Shown here: piece by piece, positions 13,770-25,030 of the stretch
How the letters are laid out: each line of letters starts with the position of its first letter
Numbering within the stretch: the stretch's first letter is position 1
Assembly (NCBI RefSeq): GCF_004010195.1
Contig: NC_057719.1
Coordinates: 85,380,923-85,444,922, forward strand
Origin: Chiloscyllium plagiosum
Lineage: Eukaryota
DNA length: 64,000 nucleotides
Direction of reading: 5' to 3'
Position numbers and translations under genes: made by a program
Notes under the pieces: model-generated
Told to the model about the DNA's origin: nothing
The model's input: only the letters and a program-made list of their open reading frames with translations
Databases searched by the model: none

Positions 13770-14490
13770 AGGTCAATGCTGGTAAAATAAGACAAAGTCG
13801 GCATGGTTTCACAAGGGGAGGCCACGCCTGACAAAACTGCTACAAATCTTTGAAGAAGTAATGAGTAGCTGAGACCAAAGAAAGCCAATGGAATTCATCT
13901 ACTTAGATTCCAAGGGGGCCTTTGGCAAGGTGCTGCACAGGAGGTTATTGAGTAAGATAAGGAAGCATGGTGTTACAGGCAAAATGCTAACATGGATAGA
14001 CGATTGGCTGTCTGACAGAAAGCAGAGAGTAGGGATAAAAGGGTCCTTCTCAGGATGGCAGCCGGTGACAAGTGGTTTTTCACAAGGCTCGGTATTAGGA
14101 GCGAAACATTTCACTTTGTACATTACGATCTAGATGAAAGAACTGGGGGCATTCTGGCTAAGTTTGCAGACGATACAAAGACAGGTAGAGGGACAGGTAA
14201 TATTGAGGAGGCAGGGAGGCTGCAGAAGGATTTGAACATGTTAGGAGAGTGGGCAATGAAGTGGTAGATGGAGTACAACATGGGAAAGTGTGAGATCATG
14301 CACTTTGGTAGGAAGAATAGAGGCATGGACTATTTTCTAAATGGGGAGAAAATTCAGAAGTCTGAAGTGCAAAGAATAAGTAGTTTTATTCCAGGATTCT
14401 CAAGGTAAACTTGCAGGTTGAGTCAGTAGTTAGGAAGGCAAATGCAGTGTTCACACTTATTTTGGGAGGACTTGAATACAAAAGCAGAGA
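13770..14490 (+). mobile_element. CR1 LINE RT fragment
   Basis: Peptide blocks YLDSKGAFGKVLH, VTSGFSQGSVLG and KFADDTK. Confidence 0.9.
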
Positions 14491-14669
14491 TGAATGCAGA
14501 TATCATGAGGGATTTTACTGGTGGAATGTATTATAGAAATAAGCAAAGACAAGATGCCGACAAATTTGAAAGCATGGATGAAAAATGGAATGAGATAGAT
14601 GTGGATTTAGCTGTTGACACAAGTTTAGCATATGGAGTCCATTGAGCTGTGGGTAAATTCGGACGTCAA

Positions 14670-14890
14670 AGTTACATAAATTTGATCCAGTCTAAGACAT
14701 TGGAGTGGAAGGGGATTGTAATTGGTGGTGAAGGATGGAATGTGCGGTAGGGACTCAAAACAATAGCTTCAGTCTTCCCAATGTTTAACTGGAGATAATT
14801 GTATCCAGGAGCGCACATCAGATAAGCTGGCTGACGACAAGCAGGCAGTAGAAAGAGATGATGATGAGGTAGAGGTGGCATCATCATTTA
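14670..14890 (-). mobile_element. L2-like LINE RT remnant
   Basis: NYLQLNIGKTEAIV resembles the L2/CR1-group RT thumb motif (NxLxLNxxKTE). Confidence 0.55.
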
Positions 14891-15394
14891 CATGCATAAA
14901 GAGCCATTGTGTTTTATTTTGGGCTTTTTTGCAATTTTGGCAATCTCACCCAACTCTATTTGCCACAGACACATATAATCAATTCAAAACAAGTTTGATG
15001 GAAAGTTTTATACACTCTCCAATATCAAATGTTGACCTTTAACCTAGCTTTACATCCATGAACAAAATACTAAGCTTCCAAACAAAACCAGAAACCAACA
15101 AGTGCTAGAGAATACTTCTAAACACCGGTGTGGACAGTTACTTAGCAGGTTTGGCAGCAACTGTTGGAGGGAGAAACAGACTTAACATTTCAAGTCCAAA
15201 TTGACTCTTCTTTGAAACTCTTTTGAGCACTTTCGGCTTTTCCTTCTGATTTCCAGCATTCTTGGTATTCTGCTTTTCTGCTCACCACAGTTATTCTATA
15301 AGCTTCTATTTCATTTCAAATAAATTTCTAACTTCTGACAATATGATAGTGTGGTCTGTTTCATGCAACTACTGGGGGGGGGTTTGAGTTGGTT

Positions 15395-15975
15395 GATGGG
15401 GTCCAAGTCAATGTGTTTGTGATAGGATCCAGTTGGAATGCCATGCTTCTAGGAATTCACATGCATGTCTCTGTTGGGCTTGTCCTAGAGTGGGATCTGT
15501 TGTCCCAGTCAAAGTAGTGTCCTTCCTCATCTGTATGTAAGGATTCTAGTGATCGTGGGTCATGTTGTTTTGTGGCTAGTTGATGTTCATGTATCCTGGT
15601 AACTAGTTTTCTGCCGGTTTGTCCTGTGTAATGTTTGTTAGGTATTTTGTAAATGACATTAGTTTTGCTTGTTGTTTCTATAGGGTTTTTAAGTTCATTA
15701 GCTGCTGTTTTAGTGTTATTGGGTTTGTGAGGTCCATGATGCCAAGAGGTCTGCATAGTCTGGCAGTCATTTCAGAGATGTCTTTGTTGTAGGGGAGAGC
15801 GGCTAGGGTTTCTGGACATGTTTTGTCTGCTTGTATGAGTTTGTTGCTGGGAAATCGGCAGACTGTGTTCATTGGGTACCTGTTCTTTTTATATACACAT
15901 CAGAAAGTGAACCTTCCAGCTCAGCGAGCAAACTTACATCTATAACCTCAATCTGAGCTATAAATCTTCTCAGAA
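15395..15975 (-). mobile_element. Penelope-like element fragment (same family as 5430-5995) with inverted terminal piece at about 15900-15975
   Basis: ORFs 15457-15756 and 15678-15872 encode LPY..ISE..ARL and NVIYKIP..YTGQTGRKLVTRIHEH (GIY-YIG). CCTTCCAGCTCAGCGAGCAAAC near 15912 is the reverse complement of about 5463-5484. Confidence 0.85.
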
Positions 15976-16399
15976 GTCCTACTCGTTTATTTAAAAGAGG
16001 GCATTCAACTTGGTAATTCTTCTTCTTTGCAAGAACATCTTATTTTCAATTGCACGTTCAAATCTCTTTTAACTTAATTCTCAATATTATTTATTTCAAA
16101 CCTCAAAGTTTCACTTCAGCCCTTCCTAGAAGTTCAGATTCCTTCATTTCTAAATGATCTTGAACGTGAAGAAATCTTCATTTCTCCTTTTGCCGTTGTC
16201 CTTCTCAAGCAGTGTATAGCACCGCAAATTTAATCAAATTTCATCTTCCAGAGTGTGCTATGTCACATTCTATGATACCCTGCAAGTCATCAGGACTAAT
16301 TATTGGTGGTCTACTAGCCAAGTTAATTGAATGAAGCTTTAGATGTCAAACCAAATGAATAATACTTGAGTCACCCCTGAAAGAAACATATTGACCCAC

Positions 16400-16469
16400 C
16401 TGCCTTGGGATTGTCTGGGTTCTTGTCTGGGTGACATTTCAAAGCCTTCTGTCTGTATGCTTTCTTAAT
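16400..16469 (-). CDS. DNAJC17: DNAJC17 coding exon 2 ([23 protein letters not shown]), J-domain HPD motif
   Basis: Polypyrimidine tract and TAG acceptor at 16470-16471, donor CAG|GTGGGT. 70 nt, in frame with exon 1, encodes HPD. Confidence 0.96.
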
Positions 16470-18645
16470 CTATAAATTCAAAAGGCAAAAACAAAAAAAA
16501 ATTATCATTGTAAGGAGCATCTATGGGTAACATTAATTTCCAAACTGAATTTGGAAAAGTCATTCCTTGTACATTCCTCTCCACACTTAAAATTATTTTC
16601 TTTCTCTCCTGGAATTAGCAAACTATGCAATGATATAGGTTCACACATACTGGCATGATGAATAATCAAGCTTCACTCAGACAGCAAGGACGTGGGGGTG
16701 TGGACATGTGTGCATTACCAGAGACAGAGACACAGCAGGGCCTAAGGAGGGACAGTACATTTTGCCTCAGTCTGGAAAATGTCCCAACCAGTGATCAGGG
16801 AGCCCCGACTGAAACATGGGCAGGATCAGCTGCAGTGGCAAATCACCGGATGACAAATCACAAACATATAAATGACTACTTGAGAAAACTGCATGTACAC
16901 AACATGATCTGAACCTGTTGGAAGACAAGGAAAGAAATGCAAAAAAATTAGTATTGTTGTATGACATAGTATAGTTGAACATTGAAAGTCCATGTTGCTA
17001 TGCAGCAGGCAAGTTGAGCAAGATGACAAGGCGGAGTTGTGGACAGAGAGCTCAGCAACGCAAGATCAAAGCTACAGAGCATCTTGTCAGCTGTATGATC
17101 GTCATTTCAAGGTTTCACATTTCACATTTGGATCCACGGAATTATGTTGTGGCTTCAAAGTGACTGTCATAAAGTGGGTCATTGAAAGCAAACAACCTGA
17201 AGAGATGCAAGTTAAAAAAAAACTTAACTACTTGACTTGTCTGCCAATTTGTGAATCACATTTGAGCAATCTCCGACAAGCTCAAGCTTCTGGCAATAAG
17301 ACGGTTAATAATGATTATTCCTATTTCATGAGTAAGCACAGATTTTCCCAATTAAAATTTGTACTCAAAAGAAATGAAGCTGCGAAGTCTGGTTGTAATT
17401 GTGGTTTTGAATAAGGAAATCACAGCGATCCAACAGCGTTCTGTGTGCTATTTGTTTATTACCCTTGCTTGTTTTGAACCACAGAGAAACTGATCAGTGT
17501 GCTGTGGAGCAGATGGCACAGACTGGTTGCTGCATACCTCACTTGAGAACAGAGCAAGGTGTGCCGGTTTTATACTAACGATGAAGTGAACCAGAGAAAC
17601 TGGACAGCTTTTAATTCTGTATTTGTCTGCATCATCTGCCATCAGTCAACCACAGCTGGAGAGAAAACAAAACAACCAAATCGAAATCCAAGCACAAGGG
17701 TTTCAAAAGTACCATCAGAATACATTTGGAACAGTCTCATGCCAAACCTCAACACAGGAAGATTGCAATGTTATCCAACATTCAGGAGTGCAACAGGGGA
17801 GGGAAAGAACGAAGGGAAGCTGACCACTATGGTCTTAAAGAGAATGATGTGAGTGCACTTAGGTTGTTCCTAGTTAGCTCAAAAGCAAATTACTGAAAAC
17901 CTGTCAGTATTCGTGTTTGTCCACTTGACTGACAAGTGATGACGCATGTACAACCTTTACGTTACAATCCTCAAGTTTTGAGAATTCTACTGCAAGAAAT
18001 AAACTAAAACCAACATATACTAAACTTTACCATGTAGGTATCAAATATTCTAAAGTGTGGAAACAATAACCCAGACTAATGTCTTAATGTGACGATAAAC
18101 CTCATGCTGAACATATGGACACTTTATAATACAGTCTCCCCAGAATTTGTAAGGAACAATCCACAGTCACTCACAACCTCCAATGCATCCATCTATTCCA
18201 TTTAACAGAGTTGTAACATCCAGTGACCAATGAAGATCTTCTCCCTCAGTCCTCTGATAATCCCCAAACCAATTTCAACACTAAGCCTCCATTCTAGCCC
18301 TTTCATCACTGAGCCACGCCAGAGTAAACCTTCTAAGAGTCTCTCAACTGCCATAGGATACATATCAAGGAAAAGACACCTTCCTACTGCATCCTGCTTG
18401 ACAGCTCAGAGGATTAGTATCTTTCTCTCTTCTGATGACCACACCAGAATTGCAGAGTATTTTATTTTCAAACTCAGGTTTTACATAACTTTGAAGTTGA
18501 CAGTGTAATAGACAGTGCGACGATCTGACTGAAACCAAGTGGAAGATTCCAGAAAACAATATATGAACATTTCAACTTTGGCAGTTGAAGTACTGCAATC
18601 TACTGCTGTTAATAATCTTTTTAGAATAGGACTATCTAGTGAATT

Positions 18646-18813
18646 GAAACTTTATTGCTGGAACAGCACAGCAGGTCAGGCATCATCCAGGGAACNNNNN
18701 NNNNNNNNNNNNNNNNNNNNNNCTGTTCCCTGGATGCTGCCTGACCTGCTGTGCTGTTCCAGCAATAAAGTTTCAACTTTGATCTCCAGCATCTGCAGAC
18801 CTCACTTTCTCCC
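18646..18813. mobile_element. Short fold-back Penelope-derived insert (family A) with 14-bp target-site duplication
   Basis: The arms are reverse complements around an N gap (18696-18722). CTATCTAGTGAATT occurs at 18632-18645 and 18814-18827. Confidence 0.8.
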
Positions 18814-19647
18814 CTATCTAGTGAATTACATTAGGTAATTTTAAAAGGGCACAGGCAGGTTAGTTTTTTGCAGTTCAATTAATTCAATTAGAATTAAAAT
18901 ACAAGTCAAATTTGGTAAACATGAATTAAGAGTAATCTGCATTTTCTCCCATTCAGTGTTGAGACTGTAAATCAATGGAAAGGCCGTTCAGCCCACCCAC
19001 AAACTCCATTAATCAGAATTTCTCTTCAGCATTTCAAAACTGGGTTTGTATGGACATTCTCTACTGACAAAGAATTACATAGAGTACACCTGAAGTGGAA
19101 GGGTGAAAACAGAGACAAATACGAAATACCAGAAGGAACACAATGTATGGCTGCTATCTATCTTTGAGATGATGACAGATACTTAAGCTTTCCTCTTTTA
19201 GCACTGAAATATGAGCCTTGAAATCTGGGTTCATGGAAGTGGTATATTCAACAAAAAAAAAGGAGACTTCAGTTCTCCTCACTACTTAGCGATTGTGCAG
19301 CATTGGAAAATTTGGCAGAGGAAATGGCAATGCTCAACTCGTGATGGTGAATGCTAATCAACAGTGATCAGATGGGTTAGATTTATAGCCTTCATCTTGA
19401 AGCAAATGAAGGTGACCATTGTAGCTGGTGAAAACAAGTGCTGGGAAACTGTAGGAATACAGTTACCAAAACGGATGAGCATTTAAAGTGAGTATTTTAC
19501 AGAAAAATCTATACTCTATATTGATTATAATGAATGCAATATGTTTTACAAGAGATTCCTAGAGTTTGACCATGTGAAGAGTGTTCTCCATTTTTCTTAC
19601 ATTCTTCCCCACTCCCCTCAACCCTGCCCGAACATACAGCCTTATCT

Positions 19648-20375
19648 TAGAGTCATAGAGCTGTACAGCACGGAACAAACCCTTTGGCCCAACTCGTCCA
19701 TGCCGACTGGATATCCTAAATTAATCTAGTCCCATTTGCCAACATTTGGCGCATATTCCTCTAAATCTTTCCTATTCATATATCCATTCAGATGCCTTTT
19801 AAATCTTCTAATTGTACCGGCTTTACCACTTCCTCTGGCAACTCATTCCATACACACACCACCCGCTGCGTGAGAAGTTGCCCCTTGGGTCGCCTTTAAA
19901 TCTTTCCCCTCTCAAATTTATGCCCTCTAGTTTGCACTCCCCCACCCGGGGGAAAAGCCCTTGTCCATTTATCCCATCCATGACCCTTATGATCTTATAA
20001 ACTTTGATAAGCCTCTGCCTCTGACACTCCAGGGAAAACAGCCCCAGCCTGTTCAGCCTCTCCCTATAGTTCAAACCCTCCAACCCTGGCAACATCCTTG
20101 TGAATCTTTTCTGAACCCTTTCAAGTTTCACAACATCCTTCCTATAGTAGGGAGAATTGCATGTAGTTTTCCAAAGATGGTCTAACTGATGCCCTGTACA
20201 GTTGCAACATGACCCCCCAACTTCTATATTCAATACACTGAACTAATAAAGGCAAGTATATCAAACACTTCCTTCACTATCCTGTCTACCTGCGACTCCA
20301 CTTTCAACGAACTATGAACCCGCACTCCAAGGTCTCTTCGTTCAGCAACACTCCCCATGGCCCTACCATTAGCTA
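19648..20375 (-). mobile_element. CR1 LINE 3' end
   Basis: ORF 19823-20233 (SPYYRKDVVKLERVQKRFTRMLPGLEGL). Same subfamily as the copies at 11075, 49160 and 59270. Confidence 0.9.
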
Positions 20376-20729
20376 TACATAAGTTGTTTGTGTCTTCTTT
20401 ACTTTGCTTTCAGTAGAAAGGACCCATTTTCTCCCTTTAGCACCTTTGTACCCACTTTACATCTTTTCGCCCCCCTTTCACTAGTTAACAACTCCTTTGT
20501 GTTTTGTATTAACTTCTACATCGTCTGTTCCCTTTGATAGAGGTGGAGGAGGGACAAAGTATATAAGAACCCCATTTCCAATTCTTCCTATTCTAAAGAA
20601 GAGTCACATTGGACTAGAAACATTGACTCCATTTCTCTTCCCACAGATGCTGCTCGACCAGCCGAGTTCCTGCAGCATTGTCCGTGTTTGTTTCATGTTT
20701 TATTCCTCATATTAATGTATCATTAGTAA

Positions 20730-23700
20730 GGTCTTTGACAAGGTTCTGCAAACTAGACTGGTTAATAGACTCAGGTCACCTGGGACTCAGAGAGACATTA
20801 CCAATTGGATACAGGATTGACTTGATGGTAGGGCAGAGGGTGGTGGTAAATGGTTGTTTCTTGGACTGGAGGCCCGTGACTAGCAGTGTTCAACAGTGAT
20901 TCCACATACTGATCCTTTGTTGCTTGTCATTTATGTAAACGGTGTGGATGAGAATATAGGAACCATAAGTTTGCATATGACACCAAAATTGGTGGTACGG
21001 TGGACAGTAAAAAGTAGTTTATCTAAGATTACAAAGGGATCTCAATCAATTAGGACCATGGGCCAAGGAGTCGCAGATGAAGTTTAATTTAGATAAGTGC
21101 AAGGGGTTACATTTTAGTAAGATGAACAAGGGCAAGACTTATATATAGTTAATGGTAGGGCTCTGGGGAGTGTTGTCGAACAGAGAGAGACCAAGGGGTT
21201 CAGATACATAGCTGTTTGAAAGTTGCATCACAGATAGTCAAGGAGGTAAAGAGGAACTTAGCATACTTACCTTCATTGGTCAGACCATCAAATATAATAG
21301 TTGAGCCATCATGTTGTAGTTGTTTAGGAAATTAAAGGCTTTTTTAGGTTTGTGAAAAGAAAAAAAATGGTTAAGACTAAAATTGGGCCCTTGAAGACAG
21401 AAACGGGTGAATTTATTACGGGGAACAAAGAAATGCCAGAAGAGCTGAATTGGTACTTTAGATCTGTCTTCACTGGGGAAGACATGAGCAATCTCCCAGA
21501 TGTAATAGTGGAGAAAACAGAGAATTATAGACCAGTTAGTCTGACCTCAGTGGTGGGAAAAATGCTGGAGTCAATTATAAAGGACGAAATTACGAAGCAT
21601 CTGGATAGCAGTAACAGGATAGGTCATAGTCAGCAGATGGATTTATGAAGGGGAAATCATGCTTGACTAATCTTCTGGAATTTTTTGAGGATGTAACTCT
21701 GAAGGAGGACAAGGGAGATCCAGTGGATGTGGTATACCTGGACTTTCAGAAAGCCTTTGATAAAGTCCCACATAATACGTTAGTGAGCAAAATTAGGGCA
21801 CATGGTATTAGGGGCAAAATACTGATATGGACTGAAAATTGGTTGGCTGACAGGAAACAAAGTAAACGGCTCCCTTTCAGAATGGCAGGCGGTGACCAGT
21901 GGTGTGCCGCAGGGATCAGTGCTGGGACCGTAGCTTTTTACAATGTACATTAGTGATACAGATAAAGATATTAAAAGTAATATTGGCAAATTTGCTGATG
22001 ACACAAAGCTTGGTGGCAGGGTGAAATGTGAGGAGGATGTTAGGAGAATACAGGGTGACCTGGACAGGCTAGGTGAGTGGACGGATGCATGCCAGATGCA
22101 GTTTAATGTGGATAAATGTGTGGTTATCCACTTTGGTGGCAAGAACAGGAAGGCAGATTACTACCTAACTGGAGTCAAATTAGGTAAAGGGGCAGTACAA
22201 CGAGATCTACGTGTTCTTGTACATCAGTCAATGAAAGCAAGCATGCAGGTACAGCAGGCAAAAAAGCTCATAGCATGCTGGCCTTCATAACAAGAGGAAT
22301 TGAGTACAGAAGCAAAGAGGTCCTTCTGCAGCTGTACAGGGCCCTGGTGAGACCGCACCTAGAATATTGTGCGCAGTTTTGGTATCCAAATTTGAGGAAA
22401 GACATTCTGGCTATTGAGGGAGTGCAGCGTAGGTTCACAAGGTCAATTCCCAGAATGGAGGGACTATCTTACGCTGAAAGATTGGAGTGACTGGGCTTGT
22501 ATACGCTTGAGTTTAGAAGGCTGAGAGGGGATCTGATTGAGACGTATAAGATTATTAAAGGATTGGACACTCTGGAGGCAGGGAGCATGTATCCGCTGAT
22601 GGGTGAGTCCCGAACCAGAGGACACAGTTTAAAAATAAGGGGTGGGCCACTTAGAACAGAGTTGAAGAGAAACTTCTTCACCCAGAGAGCAGTGGGTGTA
22701 TGGAATGCTCTGCCCCAGAAGGCTATGGAGGCCAAGTCTCTGGATACTTTCAAGAAAGAGTTGGATAGAGCTCTTAAGGATAGTGGAATCAAGGGTTATG
22801 GGGATAAGGCAGGAACAGGATACTGATTGAGGATGATCAGCCATGATCATAATGAATGGTGGTGCTGGCTCGAAGGACAGAGTGGCCTACTCCTGCACCT
22901 ATTGTCTACTGACATTGTTGAGGCCACTTTTGGAGTACTGTGTACAGTTCTGGTGCAGTTCTGCTATAATGTGTGTTTCTTCAATGTGAATTGGCTTTAA
23001 TGCAATTGAAGAATTTAGACCATTATTTGTAGAACACAAACTTTCCTTACCTGTATTGGTGAGAAAGCAATTCCGGCCCCATTGGTTTAAATAGCGTGAC
23101 CATTGTGCGCAATAGGAAAATTATGAAATCACACGAGAATAGAACTATCATGTTATAGAAGAACTGACTATTAAATTGGAGGGTGCAGAAAAGATTTACA
23201 AGGATGATACCAGGACTGGAATGTCTGAGGTATAAGGAAAGGCTGGACAGGCTGGGACATTACATAGAACATTACAGCGCAGTATGGCCTTTCAGCCCAC
23301 CTAACTTACACTATTCCATTTTCATCCATCTGTCTATCCAATGACCATTTAAATACCCTTAAAGATGGCAAGTCTAGGACTGTTGCAGGCAGGCCGATCC
23401 ATGCCTCTACTACTCTGAATAAAGAAACTATCTCTGACATCTATCCTATAGCTTTAAATTGAGAGATGATAGAGATGTCCTTTCGTGCTAGCCATCACCA
23501 GAGGAAAAAGGCTCTCACTGTCCACCCTATCCAACCCTCTGATTATTTTATACATCTCAATTAAGTCACCTCTCCACCTTCTAACAAAAACAGCCTCAAC
23601 TCCCTCAGCCTTGCCTTGTAAAACCTTCCCTCTATACCAGCAACATCCTAGTAAATCTCCTCTGAATCCTTTCAAAAGCTTCCACATCCTTCCTAAAATG

Positions 23701-25030
23701 CGGTGAGCAGAACCGTATGCAATACGCCAAGTACAGCTGCACCAGAGTTTTGTACAGCTACAGCATGACCTCATGGCTCTGAAACCCAATCCCTCTACTA
23801 ATACAAGCTAACACACCATATGCCTTACTAACAACCCTGTCAACCTGGGTGGCAACTTTCAGGGATCTATGCACATGGACACCAAGATCGCTCTGTTCAA
23901 CTACACTGCCAAGAATCTTACCATTAGGCCGGTACTCTGCATTCCTGTTGCTCCTTCCAAAGTGAATCACCTCACACTTTTCTGCATTAAGCTCCATTTG
24001 CCAACTCTCAGTCCAGCTCTGCAGCTTATCTATGTCCCTCGTAAGCCCCAACATCCTTTGGCATTATCCACAACTCTACCAACATTCATGTCATCCACAA
24101 ATTTACTAACCCATTCTTCTACATCCTCATCCAGGCCATTTATAAAAATGACAAACAGCGGTGGACTCAAAACAGATCCTTGCAGTAGACGATTAGTAAG
24201 TGAACTCCAGGATGAACATTTCCCATCAACCATCACCCTCTGTCTTATTTCAGCTTGCCAATTTCTGATCCAAACTGCTAAATTACCTTCAATCCCATGC
24301 CTCTATACTTTGTGCAATAGCCTACCATGGGGAACCTTATCAAACGCTTTACTGAAGTCCATATACACTACATCAATTGCTTTCCCCTCATCCACCTGTT
24401 TGGTCATCTTCTCAAAGAATTCAATAAGGTTTGTGAGACATAACCTACCCTTCACAAAACCAAATTGGTTATCCCTTATTCCTTTTGAGATGATTATAAA
24501 TCCTCTCTCTTATAAACTTTTCCAACACTTTCCCCACAACTGAAGTAAGGCTCACAGGTCTATAATTACCAGGGTTGTCTCTATTCCCTTCTTGAAAAAG
24601 GGAACAACATTTGCTATCCTCCAGTCTTCTGGCACTATTCCTGTAGATACTGGAACATAGGAAGTTGGAAGGTAACCTTATGGAGGTTTAAAAATCATGA
24701 GGAGAGTAGGTAAAGTATATAGCAAAGGTCTTTTCCCTCAGATAGGGGAGTTCAAAACTAGAGGGCACAAATTTTAAGGTGAGAGAGGATTTAACAGGGA
24801 CTTGAGAGGCAACTTTTTCCTGTACACAGTGGTTCATATGTGCAATGAACTGTCAGAGGAAATAGTATATGCAGGCACATATACAATGTTTAAAAGATAT
24901 TTGGACAGATACACGAATAGGAAAGGTTTACAGTGGTATGGGCCAAATGCAAGCAAATGGGACCAGATTAGTTTGGGAAACTTGGTCAGCATGGAATCTG
25001 TCTCCACACTGTATGACTCTATGATACATT
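20730..25030 (+). mobile_element. Older CR1 interrupted by a young CR1 (about 21332-22910, +), a MITE (about 22956-23169) and an antisense CR1 (about 23261-24648, -)
   Basis: The host CR1 sequence resumes after each insert (GACATTGTTGAGGCCAC at 22911, TTAAATTGGAGGGTGCAG at 23171, TGGAACATAGG at 24651). RT motifs are present in ORFs 21645, 21943 and 24030. Confidence 0.85.
22956..23169. mobile_element. About 215-bp MITE with Tc1/mariner-pogo-like terminal inverted repeats
   Basis: Begins CAGTTCTGCTATAA and ends TTATAGAAGAACTGAC. It is homologous over its length to 55654-55870. Confidence 0.65.

Noticed and set aside
16655..17852. Cluster of 60-140 aa ORFs near exon 2, considered as a nested gene such as C15orf62
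   Set aside because: No recognisable motifs or consistent splice structure. As I recall, C15orf62 lies near the 3' end of DNAJC17, outside this window.
23869..24543. 224-aa plus-strand ORF
   Set aside because: It is the antisense frame of a CR1 RT on the minus strand.
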